This document shows positions 14,201 through 28,600 of a stretch of 64,000 nucleotides of DNA, one piece after another. The DNA is from Paragordius varius (taxonomy: Eukaryota; Animalia; Nematomorpha), in assembly GCA_964247055.1 (NCBI GenBank), contig OZ176054.1, positions 7,812,001-7,876,000 on the forward strand, written 5' to 3'. Numbering within the stretch: the first letter of the stretch is position 1; the number at the start of each line of letters is the position of its first letter. The notes under the pieces are model-generated. The model did not search any database and was not told the DNA's origin. It saw only the letters and a list, made by a program, of their open reading frames with translations. The position numbers and the translations under genes were made by a program.

Positions 14201-16324
14201 ATAAAACATATATTATATACTTAAATTTTTGTGAGTTAGATGATAAAAATTGTATTAATGCTAAAAAAGGAGTTTTTTCTAAACCAGTTTCAGCAGTTAC
14301 ATTTTTCAAAAAAGGTTGTTAATAGGTAAAATATTAGGTAAATTAAGGAGTGCAACTTGCCATTTTTATAGTTCTAACTAATTAAAACTTCATAACCCTT
14401 TCACTTTTTGTGGTTTACATTTTAGGGTAATTTATATCCCAGAGCTCAATTTTCTAAATAAACTACAGCTATAAGAGTTATTTTAGTTAAAATTTAATTA
14501 TCAAACATTGTTTTAATGTTTTATATAAAAAAGCTTATATTTTTTACAGTTTTATGACTTTTAGAGTGTAAAATTGGGACAGCTCCAAAACACGCTTGAA
14601 ATAAACAACTGATACTGGTAAAATGTAGCCTGAAGCATTTTACGTTAATTACACTGGACAACAAATTTTTCTGCCACTCGAGTTTTTTGCATTTTCCGAT
14701 ATTTAGTATCATTCTAACAGTAAATCCGAAATAAAAATTATAACCCGATGGAAGAATTTTGTATAATTTGATTTATTTGATTATGCGCCCTCTTTATCAA
14801 AATTTCACTAAAAAATGTTTTTCTTTGAAAATATACAAGTTATGCCCATTTGTAATATATCATTCGAAAGAGTAATAAAAACTCTATAAAATGCATACTA
14901 TTATGTATTACATCGACAGTTGATATTGGACACAAAGAGCGACAATCGCGCGAAGCGAGAGCATTTTTTTTAATTATTATATTTTTAAAACTAATGGATG
15001 AAAATGGCTCAAACTTTGTTTAGATGGTGATGAATGTCCAAAAAAGATAACACAAGAAAGTTTTTTTGATTAAAAGATTTTTTATTGCTTTTATGTCACT
15101 CAAAACAGCCATTTTTAAGTTTTTTGTTTTTTAAAAATTACCATCTCATCAATATTAATTTATTTTCTTTACGAGGCTGATAATTTCGAAATTTTAAAGA
15201 TAAAAACAAAGTTTAAGGTCTTTTTGATCTTTTATAGCCATTATGTAATAAATTTACAGTTATAACTATACATTTTAGTATCCACTAGGTAAAATAATTA
15301 TGATAATAATAATTATTAAAAAAGCAAACCAAAAGCTTTTTCAATTTTTTTTAAACTAAATACTCATATAAACCTAATAATTATATTAAAATAATTTATA
15401 TGATTTTCAAATTAGTTTGTCTGTGAAAATTCTTGACTTATTTAGAAATTGAAAATTTCCACCATTTAAATCCAAATAACTTTTACATCCGATTGATTTA
15501 AATGACTTACTACCATATAAAAAATGCACATTTTTGCGCTCTTTCGAATGATATAAAATACATGGCTTCATATCTAACACTTTTAATTTTCGAACTTTCG
15601 AGTTTAATGTTAAATCGGGGTCAAAAATTATCGATAAACTCTAATATAAAAAAATTCTTGCATGCAGGACCAATTTTCTTTTCAGATATACTAATTATGT
15701 ACTTTAATGAAATAAATTTTCGATTTACAAGAATGGCAGTTAAAAAAAGTTAAAATTTGTTGTCTAGTGTTATTTACATTTTTCTAACAATAATACATAT
15801 TTATTTGCCTGCTGCATTAGCGATATTAAAAAATTAGGGGAAGGCGGCAAAAACTTTGAGATGAGGATTTTTAAAATTTACATTTTTTAATATATTCTTT
15901 TATAATGTGCCTAAAAGACTAAAGAAAGCATATTTTTGAATTATGCTAAATACCTAAATACTTTAAGATATTTAATTAAATGACTGGATATATAACTACC
16001 CCAAAAGACAAATTGAGTGAACAACAAATTTAAAATAACTAATTTTCTTTTAAAAAAAAGATAAATACTAAACATAACTTATGTAAATAATTTTTATATT
16101 TTATTTTAGGAGAATTTCATTTGCGGATGCGTAAAACTGTCAATAAAATACGACCAAGCCCTCAGGTAGTAGCACAAATAAAACAAACCAAAATATATCA
16201 AATGGAATGGGAATTTTATCAATTTGTTTTATCCATATTTGATTACCATTTCAAAAATTTTGCTCAAGAAAAACAACCTCTGAATCTCAACATGGTTTAT
16301 CAAAACATGCATCTAGTTAACTAG
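11288..16324 (+). CDS. HS2ST1: Heparan sulfate 2-O-sulfotransferase (337 aa, 6 exons, two ultrashort introns)
   Basis: Exons 11288-11590, 11612-11697, 11721-11859, 12273-12370, 12456-12628, 16110-16324 (1014 nt, in frame). N-terminal [15 protein letters not shown] (5'-PAPS loop), [22 protein letters not shown] (3'-PAPS), [23 protein letters not shown]. Confidence 0.93.
14652..15769. mobile_element. CACTA-like MITE, copy 1 (HS2ST intron 5)
   Basis: TIR CACTGGACAACAAATTT ... AAATTTGTTGTCTAGTG; 3-bp TSD TTA on both sides. An inverted copy lies at 18069-18987. Confidence 0.8.
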
Positions 16325-16640
16325 CGCAAATTTTATAAATTATTCATTTTGATATACGGTGAAAATTGAAATTATAAAACAAAAAGTAAAAACTAATATT
16401 GTTTTATAAAAAAGGTATTTATGTTATTAATTTTTCCAATATAACCCATACTCAATTTTATATTTCGCAATCGTAATCATAGATAAAAAATCAAGGATAA
16501 AAAAATGGCTTGTTATAAAAATAGCCTTTTAATTAATAAGTTTTGACTTTTATAATTTAAATTTTTACCGTACATAATCATTCATATAACAAATAATTTA
16601 TTATTGAATTGCCTTTTTGTCCAGCAACATATGATTAATC

Positions 16641-19600
16641 TTATTTGATTTCAACTGGTAAATATTTGTTTTTCTTATCAATAAGTTGACTTCGATGCAT
16701 AGGCTTTATGATACAACCAGGTTTAGTGAGAACTTTCGGTTTAATCATTTCTTTTGTAATGCTCATGGGATTCCACAACATACCTAGTTGGTAAAAAAAT
16801 ATGTAATTAAACGGGAGATAAAAAATTAAATATATACAGTATGCATTTTAATGTATGTTAAGTAATTATATTGCCAGTCAAAAAACATAAATGGTTTATC
16901 AAATGCGTAAAATACTGATCCACAAAATTATTTCGCACTGCATATATGAAAGAGGATTGACGTGAGAATTAACATAGGCTTTAATTTGATGGATATTTTG
17001 TAATGTTAAATTTTAATATTATAGCAATTTATGTTAACATTTGAAATATTGTTGTTACATATTAAGATGCGGAATTTTGTGGGTTTTTATCTTTAATAAA
17101 TTAATAAATAGTAAAATAGGTATTTTAAGATTATTTGTGTTAATTATTCATAAGTAAATTTAATAATTAATATTTTTCAACATGATAAATACCTGTATTA
17201 ATCAAAATTGGTATTATATTTTTTATAGTTGTTATTCCTAATTAAAAAACAGTAAATATATATTTGTGAAAATTTAAGTAAATTTTAGATTGTTTTTGTT
17301 TTTTATGTTTTGCATTGTTAATTATCAATAATTTTTAAGTATTTTAGACATTTTAATCAGTTAAAAATTGCGGTTTTTAATAAATTTAGTTAAATTTAAT
17401 TTTTTTGTTTATATTTAATTTTGTTATTTTTAAATAATTTTATTTTGACATACTATAATAAAGACAGGTAAAAACATTCAGATTTAAGAATTTTTTATTT
17501 TTCTGTATTGCATTGTTAATTAATAATTTTAAAATATTTTTAATATAATTATCAAAACAGGTAAAAATATTTGGGTGTGAGAAATTTTTTGCGTGTCAAT
17601 TATTAAAATTTTCAAATATTTTTGTTGTATTAAAAATACAGGTAAAAATATTTTAGCTTAAGAAAATTTATATTTCCAATTTGTTTTTAGGTTTTGTATT
17701 GGTAATTATTCATGTTTTTACAATTTTTGACATACAATAATAAAGACAGGTAAAAGTCAATGTTTTTCGGTTTTATATGTAATTATAAATACCCATCAAT
17801 AAAAATAATCTATATTCACATAAAACATGCTGTATAGATGCAAAAATATATTTAAATTAAAAATTTTAGAGGTTTAAAAGATTACTACTAATTAAATCAC
17901 ACAAAAAACACTCAACCGATAATTTTCAACCACCTCTATAAGATATTTAAAAGATATATATAAGGCAATCATTTTTAATTATTGATAAAAATATTTATAT
18001 ATAAATGTATTATCATAATATAGATCACAAATTAATGTAGAAAGCATAGTTTGAAATTAGCATTATTACACTAGACAACAAATTTTGACTTTTTTTAACT
18101 GCCATTCTTGCAAATTTGAAATTTATATCATTAAAGTACATGAATAGTATATATGAAAAGAAAATGGGTCTGACACCTAAGAATTTTGTTTTATTAGGGT
18201 TTATCGATTTTTTGGCCCCGATTTAACAATAAACTCGAAATTTTAAAAATTGAAAGTTTTAGATACAGAGCCATGTATTTTCATTCGAAAGAGCGCAAAA
18301 AACTGTATCTTTCAAATGGTAGTAAGTCATTTAAATCAATTTGATGTAAAAGTTTTTGGGTTTAAATAATCAAAATTTAACCCTTAAGTAAGTCAAAAAT
18401 TTTCACAGACAAACCAATTTAAAAATCATATTCATTTTTTTAATATAATTATTAGGGATACATTAGCATAAAAAATTAAAAAAAAATTGAAAAAGCCTTT
18501 GGTTTGCTTTTATAATGACGATTATCATTATCAAAATGATTTTACCTAGTGGATAATAAAATGCATAGATAAGTGTAAATTTCATAATCCTCAAAAAATT
18601 AAAGAAATATATTAAACTTTGGTTTTAGTTGTTGAAATTTCGAAATTATAAGCCTCCTAAAGAAAATAAATTAATATTGATGAGATACGCTCTCGTTTCG
18701 CGGATTTGTCGCTTCCTATGTCCAATATTAACAATTGATGTAAAACATAATAGTATGCATTTTATAGAGTTCATTACTCTTTCGAATGATATGAATGGGC
18801 ATGATTGCATATTGTCAAAGATTAACATTTTTTAGCAAAATTATAAAGAGGGCGCATATCCAAAAAAATCAAATTTTACAAAATTTTAGTTGGAATGTTA
18901 AATTTAATTTCAGATTTACTCTTAAAATGATATTAAATATCAGAAAATGCAAAAAACTCGAGTGGCAGAAAAATTTGTTGTCTAGTGTTATTGATATTAA
19001 TACAGGTAATTTTGATGATTTTAATATTGATATACGATGCGGTGTGCGCTCATGATGATCTTATCTTAGATTGAAGAATATCATGAGATGCAAAAAATAA
19101 TTAAATGCAGATTGAAAATTCAATCACCATAATTTTTCTGGGTAGATTCTATCAACTAAAATATAAGATAGAAACGTATTTATTAATATATTAGAAAATT
19201 GATACCTGGATTCTAGAAGTATTTTCACCATAATTTTAAATATTGGGGGCTAAAACATTCAAAGATTGAAAGGGAACTAAATAAGGTTGACTTGGCTTTT
19301 AACAACTAAATTTGCAAAAAATATTTTCTTCATGATAAAAAATTCAAAAATGATACTTTATGTTTTTGCGTTTCTATCTAAACTATAAATATGAAAAGGC
19401 TTATATGATTTCACCAATGACATAGAAACAATTATTTTTTTCAAAAGCTTTGAATGCACAAGCACTCCAAAACTAAGCACAAATGTTTGCTTTGGTGAAG
19501 AATAGTTTTTCATAATTAGTTTAGGATGGTAGAACGAAAACGCAAAAACATAAAATATCATTTTTTAATTTTTTTTCATGAAGAAAATATTTTTTTGCAA

Positions 19601-22600
19601 ATTCAGTTGTTAAAAAGCCAGGTCAACCTTATTTAGTCCCTATTCAAACTTTGGATGTTTTAGCTCCCAATATATAAAATTATGTTTAAAATACTTCTAG
19701 AATCCATGTAGTAATTTTCTAATACTTTAATCCAATACGTTTCCATCCTATATTTTAGTTGATATAATCATCCCAGAAAATTGTGCTGATTGTAATTTTC
19801 AGGAATATCTACATTTTCTAGTGATTTTTTGGCATCTCATGATATTCCTTAATCTAAGTTGTGATCACCATGAACGCACACCGCATCGTATATCAATATT
19901 AAAATCATAAAAATTACCTGTATTAATATCAATAAGATGCTTATTTCAAACAATGCTTCCAACATTAATTTGTGTTCTATATTAAGATAATACATGTATA
20001 AATAAATAAATTTATCTATAGTTAAAAATTATTGCCTTATATATATATGTATATATATTTTGAATATTTTATAGAGGTGATTGAAAATTATCGGTTGAGT
20101 GTATTTTGTGTGATTTAATTAGTAGTAATCTTTTAAACCTCTAAAATTTTTAATTTAAATATATTTTTGCATCTATACAGCGATGTTTTATGTGAATATA
20201 GATTATTTTTATTGGTGGGTAGTTATAATTACATATAAAACCGAAAAACATTGACTTTTACCTGTCTTTATTATTGTAAGTCAAAAATATTACAAACATG
20301 AATAATTACCAATGCAAAACATAAAAAAAAATTGGAAACATAAATTTTCTTAAATTAAAATATTTTTACCTATATTTATTAATATAACTAAAAAATTGAA
20401 AATTTTAATAATTAACAATGCAATACCTAAAAAAATAATAAAAAATTTCTCACACCCAAATATTTTTACCTGTTTTGATAATTATAACAAAAATATTTTA
20501 AAATTATTATTAATTAACAATGCAATACAGAAAAAACAAAAAATTCTTAAATCTGAATGTTTTTACCTGTCTTTATAGTATGTCAAAATAAAATCATTTC
20601 AAAAAATTAAATAAAAAACAAAAAAATTAATTTTGACTAATTTGTTATTAATTACAATTAACAACGTTAAATAAAAAAAAAATTAAATCTGACTAAATTT
20701 ATTAAAAACCGCAATTTTTACGTGATTTATTAAAATTTACAAAATATGCGGTAAATTACAATCAACAACGTTAAATAAAAAAAACAAAAAAATAATTTAT
20801 ATTTGACTAAATTTATTAAAAACCGCAATTTTTACCTGTATTTATTAAAATGTCCAAAATATGTAGTAATTAATTACAATTAATAACGTTAAATAAAAAA
20901 ACAAAAAAATAATTTAAATTTGATTAAATTTTTTAAAAACCCCAATTTTTACCTGTATTAATTAGAATGTCCAAAATATATAGTAATTAATTACAATTAA
21001 CAACGTTAAATAAAAAAACAAAAAATAAATTTGACCAAATTTATCAAAAACCGCATTTTTTACCTGATTGAAATATTTAAAAATTATTCATAATCAAAAA
21101 TGCAAAACATGAAAACAAAAACAATTTAAAATCTACTTAAATTTTCACAAATATATACTGACCTGTCTTTTTAAATTAGTAATAATAACTACATAAAATA
21201 ATAATACCAATTTTGATTAATTCAGGTATTTATCATGTTGAAAAATATTAATTTTTAATATGAATTATTAACATAAATAATCTTAAAATACATATTTTAC
21301 TATTTTTTTAATCTACTAGCGTAAATCTCGTGCTGCTACGCAGCCCGAGGAAGTCCTTCGGACTTCTGGGGGGGGAGGGGGGGGTTTCGAAGTTTGGATT
21401 TGAATGGGTCTACCGGTTTTCCGGTACCAGATCACAAAGTTACATGAGGAATCAGTTTTTAGCGGGCAGCTCCTTACTCAGCATCTATCATCAAAGAAAC
21501 GCTTGACTAAATTTGTGCCTTTTAACAAGCAATACGAAAAAACCTTCTCGAATTTTTACAGTCTCATACAGTAGGAAAAAAAATACAATCAAAAAATTAT
21601 TTTTGTGGACTTTGTTTTTTTTGAAAAAAATGGCATTTTACGGAGGGAGCGGGTAAAAAGAGGGCCTAAATCAAAAAAGTGACTCGGCTATGTTCGGCGC
21701 AATCGAAAATAAGTAAACAAAAATTATATTTGAAATTGAATGGTCCAACACGTTCTCCGGAAATTGTCTCAAAGACACGATTTTTGTGGACTTCTGTTTT
21801 TTAAAAAAACCCGTTTTTCATACGGGGTGGGCCCGAACTGGGGGCCTATTTCAAAAAAAAGGGCGAAGCTATTGTCGGGACATTTATTAATGATTATATT
21901 TTTTCGAAGTTTGGATTTGAATGGGTCTACCGGTTTTCCTGTACCAGATCACAAAGCCAGCATTTTCCATTTTTATAAATATATAGATTAAAGATAAAAA
22001 CCCATAAAATTCAGCATCTAAATACGTAACAACAATATTTCAAATGTTAACCTAAATTGCTATAATATTCTCAAAATTTAACATTACAAAATATCCATCA
22101 AATTAAGCCTATGTTAGTTCTCACGTCAATCCTCTTTCATATGTGTACTACGAAATAATTTTGTGGATCAGTATTTTACGCATTTGATAATTTATGTTAT
22201 TTGACTGGCAATAAAATTACTTAACATACATTAAAATGCATACTGTAATATTTAAAAAATTTAACCAAATAAGGAGATATGTAAATATCTAAAAATTTGG
22301 AATCGATTAACACTTCGTTAAAGAATTAAAAATTATTTATAAAAACATAAAATTCTCAGATTATATTGTAATTAAAAACATCATCAGCAGTCGTTATCCA
22401 AAAATTTTGTAAAATAAGAAAAATTAAATATGTTAAAGCAAATTACCTATCGGTTGACGTAATGTGCTCTCATAATATTCAACATTGTTATATTGATATG
22501 GGACTAAATCAACCTTAAAAAAATATATTGATAATGCGCAAAATTTTTATAATTTCGTAAAAATATTAAAAATTTATAACTGCGTTAATACCTGAAGTGG

Positions 22601-25600
22601 TGCTATACATTTATCTTTATCTTGGGATAATTGGACAAAAGTTAAATGTTTATCTTTTCTAATGCTATCTTTTTCTAACCTAAATGGGCGACGAATAAGA
22701 GATATAAAATAGTTACATTGTAAACACATTCATACCTTTGTTTTAATTGATCCATAATTTCTTTTTTGCGTCTTTTCTTTTCATCAAGTTGTTTCTTTTT
22801 GGCTCGTTTGTCTAAAATTATATATAAAATTAGAGATTAAAAACAAAATTAAGGAAAAATAAGTCCATGCTTTACGTATGAAAATGATTTAAAAAGTAAC
22901 CAATTATATAATTTGAATAAAACACGTTTTCCAGAAAAGCACCTACAGACACACGCAAAAAATGGAAAGGGTAGCGCGTTTTAATCCAGAAATTAATGAA
23001 ATGTTTTTTTGAAAAATATAGTTTTTTTTCCGCTTCGACCTAAATGTAGTTCTTTGATTACACAAATCATGATTGCGACTAAAATGAAAATTTTACATAT
23101 ATCCAAATAACATATTCCACTTTGTGTATTATATCGGCGAAAAAAAATTTATTAGAATTACTAGCGTAAATCTCGTGCTGCTACGCAGCACGAGGAAGTC
23201 CTTCGGACTTCTGGGGTGGGGGGGCTATTTGAAATAAGGGACAATAAAATGATCCACATATGTGGATTATTTCGAAACATTATTTAAATATGATTTTATA
23301 GGAATTTTAAAACGGTGCATTCATACTACTATATTGTTTACTTGGGGGAAAAATATATTTAAAAAATTATTTTGGTGGACTTTGTTTTTTAAAAAAGGTG
23401 GCATTTTACGGGAAGAGCGGGTAAAAAGAGCGCCTAAATCAAAAAAGCGAGACGACTATGTTCGGCGCAATCGAAAATAAGTAAACAAAAATCATATTTG
23501 AAATTGAATGGACCAACACGTTCTCCGGAAAATTGTCTCAAAGACACGATATTTGTGGACTTCTGTTTTCAAAAAAACCCGTTTTTCACACGGGGTGGGC
23601 CCGAACTGGGGGCCTATTTCAAAAAAGGGCATTAATGATTATATTTTTTCGAAGTTTGGATTTGAATGGGTCTACCGGTTTTCCGGTAGCAGATCACAAA
23701 GCCAGCATTTTCCATTTTTATAAATATATAGATAAAAAATCACATAAAAATATTATGAAAGTTAAAATTCAACATAAATCATTTGTACAAAAAACAACGT
23801 ATATATGATTGGTGTTAGGCTAACAATGAAATAATGTCATGACGATGATTAAATTACAAGATACCATGCAGAACAATATGAAATAACAAATTGTAAGTAC
23901 ATTTTTCACAGTATCTCACAAACTAATATGCTACCAATCTCAAATTAGACTCAAATTTTTAGACCCGTCTATTACGGTTACCACAAAGATTAGATAACGA
24001 TAATTGGAAAAAAATATTATAAATTTTGAGATAAAAATTAAAATACAGTATGCACATTTATGCTGGTTCATTCACATTATAGTTGGACAATTTGTAATAC
24101 AGTAGCGTGTGTTATAAAATAAAGAGAGTAATGTAAGATTGGAAAATATTGTATAATTTCAACATTTTCTTATTTTTTTGCATACACTACTGTGCTGTCA
24201 ATTGACCAATATAGAATACTGTAATTAGGTGGATTGCCAATTAATAGCTTTTAATTTAAATTGAGTATGAATGATCGTTTGATCAAAAATTATTGACTTA
24301 TATAACATTAATGACCGAAATAACCCGTTAAGACGGGATTTCTAGGAGTTTCTCCTTAATAACACCTATCAATCTATTTATCGAACGAATATGTCAAAAA
24401 CAAATTTATTGGATCTAATATTCTGAGTTTTGATAACAATTACTGTCAATGCATGTTGGCTAGTGAATGAATTTCTACTTTTATAATATTAGTAAAAAAT
24501 AGGCCATCTAATTATTAACTTGGTTCTGAACTTTTTATGAACAACAATTGTTTAGGAATTCAATTTGCCAAAAAACTCATACCATTGTGTAAGAGATTTA
24601 TAATTATTGGGTTGGGTAAATGTTGCTCATATATTATAATAAAAAATCAAATCTATTGGATATTATTTATATACCTCTGTTGGCCAAAAAAAAATTGTAA
24701 TTTTTTGAGAGATGCCAATAGAATTGAGAGATGCCAATAGAATGGGATTATTGAGTAGAAAAAATATATGAATCTATTAACCGAAGATTCATTTCATTCA
24801 TTATATCGTTATCATTGAACTTTAATTATCAAAATATAAAATTGTGTATTTTTTGCTTAATTACACACAATTAATCAAAAAATTAGTTTATTTTATTATA
24901 TATTACAAATTTTAAATTATATTGGAACAAAAGAATCCAGTATTTTTTCTAAGGCTATATAAAGAGTAAATACTTAAATGGGGATATATATAGATTATTA
25001 ACCCCAAGAAAATAATAAAATAATGTAAAAAATGACTGTCTAATAGAGTTTTGTTTTCGAACAGAAAACCACAAAAAATAACTCGTATTTAACAGTATCT
25101 AAATTATGAAGTAGGCTTAATTAGTAGGTTTTAGAATAATGTGATGCAATACCAGCAAAATTAATAAATATATCGATGACTTTTCTTTAAATTATTTTAA
25201 TTTCTATATCACAAAATAAAATAAATAAAAAATAAAGATATAATATTTAAATTAATAATCCGCCGAATATGAAAACTTTTAAAATGAATGACCCGAATGA
25301 GCTATAAGAAATTACAACGCTTTCATGAAATCATGACGCAAAAAATATATACTTGTAGAACCCAATGTCTAACATTAAATACTAAGTCTTTTAAAATAAA
25401 TAGCAAATATAATAAATTATTTGTTATACAGACCAAATCTAAATTATATATAAATCATTTTGTTACGAATAAACTCAAAAAACTATGCTGATAGGTTAAA
25501 CACAAATGTCCGCAATATCTAAAATAAATTGAAATATTAAGATTTTAAAAATAAGCTAATAAAACGAATCATTTGAGGCACCAAATATATATTTTATATA

Positions 25601-28600
25601 TAATCATGTAGAAAGTAACGAATGTGCACAAAAAACTATACTGGTGTGTGTAAACCCCATTGTATAACAATATCAAATATTAAGATATCGAACGATATAA
25701 TTTTTATCATTTTGTCATAAAATTGTAAAAAATGTGATAAATATAACTATTAGGTTTAAACACCAGTGTCCAACAATTGAATTAATAAATATATAAAGAT
25801 ATTAAACGAATTAGCAACATCAAATTCAGGGTATAAAATCATATTGTCGTCTATGAAATGAAGTTATTTTGCCTTAAATATGCAAAAAAAGTTAAAAATA
25901 TTTTTACTTGTAGGTTTAATGCCTTGTCCAGCCCAATCACCCCACCCAGGCATATCTGTCGTGTCAAAAGCAGCATTATGCCCATAACCAAGCTTGAACA
26001 TATGCTCAACTTTGGCTTGTAAATTAGCCTCTTTTTCTTTAACGAAAGCGGTAACATTATCTTCAGAAAATGCTTCCTCCACCAAATTTTTATTAACATC
26101 TATCGATATATATATATTTAATTTGAAATAATAAAATTTATAATCAACCTTATTTTTCAAGAAAATAAAAAATAAGGTTGATTATAATTGTGATGAAAAA
26201 GTATGTGTTAGTTACTAATGTACTTTTCTATTCCATATTTCCCAACTCAATCTTTAGGTTTCAAAAGATATAGCTTTTTAGTAATTTATCCAAAAAAAAT
26301 TTAATTTTACTGAAATATGATAATAAAGATAAGTTCTAATATACCATTTCCAATCTTTTTTCTCGCATTCTTTTCATTCAAAACTTTGTTGGTATGGTTG
26401 TTTGGTAAACCCAGGGCACGTCTTTTAAGATCACCAAAAAATATTGGGGTAGGGGGTTCATCATTAATTTCTTCCTCTGGAGTATTTATATCCTCATTAT
26501 GATTAGAACGTTTCTGTTATACAATAAAAAAAAGATTATAACTAAATGCAAAAATTCAAATTCAAATTTTACTTATAAAAAGCGGTTACTTTTAACTTAA
26601 TTTTTTATATACAACCTATGTATGATTTATAATTGAGCATGTTACTAAATTAGAGTATTCGCAACCCAAAGCGAAAGGTTATATTAAAAATTATTGTTTA
26701 AAAAAGTATAATGTGTCTTTTTATTTGTCTTTCGTCATTATAATTTCAATCTTTATTTGACATATATGTATCCCCTTACGTCAGTTTTTTTAAATAAGGT
26801 CTAAATCAATTAGATAATTTTGATCATTATGCCCTTATCTGAATTTAATAAATGTCATATTTTTCTAGTAATAATGATTATTGAAAAATTTCAATATTAT
26901 TTTTTATAAAGGGACATGATTCGGATGCACAATCGGGTCTCATTATATAGGAAAAGGGGTCCACTGTACCAAAAAACCACAAAAGTGAACGCGTTCAATG
27001 AAATGTTGCATAAAAATGTTTTGTATTTCTTATAATTATTTAAAATCATTTTGTTTGTGAAAAGGTTTTAATGATTAGCAAAAAAAATTTATACAAACAT
27101 CGCCAACTCAATCTTATATAACCTTTGTCATTTCATTATGGGTAGTAGTCGTAGTAGATAAAACAGTTTTATTCAAAGAAATTTTAGTTTGAGCCAATAA
27201 CATTGAACTTGTCAGTAAATTAGGTTCACCATCCCCACATGATTCATCAATATTTGTTTCATTATTATCGTCAAGAAATTGTGTAATATCTATCATATCA
27301 TCGTTATAATCAAGTGATTCATTTTTATCCTTTTTCATAGATGTAATATGGTTAGGAAAATCGGGCCCTTGATTTAATGTTAATTTAGATTCCCTAAAAG
27401 CTTCATTCATCTAAAAACAGCATAATATATTTTAAAATTATATATCCATAACTTGTATGTAAAAATGTAATTTTTTTTGATAATGTAAAATTTCTCATAT
27501 ATAATAAAAAAATATCAGTATATTCTATTTTCTACAAATCATTGATAAAATTCATATTAATGAGTAAAATTTAGATAAGCTTATAGTATATTTTTGATCA
27601 GAAACAACCGTTTTTATGATACCCATTTCGTTTGGGAAAAGTAGTGTATTTATTATGAAATATGATGTTAAAAAAATTTGGTTTATAAAATATTTAATTA
27701 AAAAATACATTGAATTAAATAAAACATTTGTATAAAATTTCATTAGTAACACGGTTAAAATTACTTTTTTAGAAAACAATGATTTATTAATCCAAGGATT
27801 ATTCTTAAAATCTAACACATCCTTTTCAGTAATAATTTGCGCCTCATCATCAGAATCAGATGCATTATTTAATTCGGTTTGTGATTGTAATAAGAGAGAT
27901 GGACCTGGTTCGTAATTAAATTTGGGTTCGTTTACTAAAATAAAAAAGTGTGAAATTTTAGGCTTTAAATATAAAATTATGATTGGGTTCCGCCCTTATA
28001 AATATTAGTAATCATAGTTGAGACCGCTTAATAAGTCTAAAATTATAAGAAAATAATCATAAATTAAGTAAAACTAAGGTATCAATATTGAATAAAAATA
28101 AATGTCAGATATTTTATAATGATATACATATAACGTACCAATTATCGTTTGACCTTATTTTTATTGCACGTGTAACCTATCAAATAGCTTTTAAACTAAT
28201 ATATCATTTACTGTTTAAATTCACCCTTGAAAAATTCAAATTCACCCTTAAATGAATTATGTGTTTTTTTTAAGATTAAAAATTACCATTATTTTTTAAT
28301 ATTTTTCAAATATGAAATTCTGTTTATTAATATAATGGTGAAAAAATAATAAAATATGTCGTGAAAATATATTTCATATTAATGATGAGTTATATTAGCC
28401 CTAAAACGCATAATTTATTTTTAGAATGAATTTGAATTGTTCAAGGGTAAATTTTGATTGTAAATGGTATAAAATTATCTATATATGACCTTATGTAAAT
28501 TAACCTTTGTTTGCACTCACATATATAGCACACCTTTTCTTATATACAAATTCCCACGCATATATAGGCACAAATTATGGTATACGTACGGACAATATAT

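Larger units (their letters stand above)
16837..22245. mobile_element. Foldback-type giant inverted-repeat element in the last UTP14 intron
   Basis: TA|CAGTATGCATTTTAATG ... CATTAAAATGCATACTG|TA. Left arm (16837-~19418) is the reverse complement of the right arm (~19492-22245), apart from a CACTA MITE in the left arm, a Helitron in the right arm and a ~120-bp unit amplified in the right arm. Confidence 0.85.

Noticed and set aside
14521-19055. Mutually similar short ORFs (14521-14712, 15502-15753, 18629-19055)
   Set aside because: The similarity comes from the two CACTA-like MITE copies; no transposase motifs.
21740-23808. ORFs 21740-21991, 23262-23480, 23508-23723 and 23533-23808
   Set aside because: They lie inside non-autonomous Helitron copies, with no Rep or helicase motifs, and frames differ between copies.
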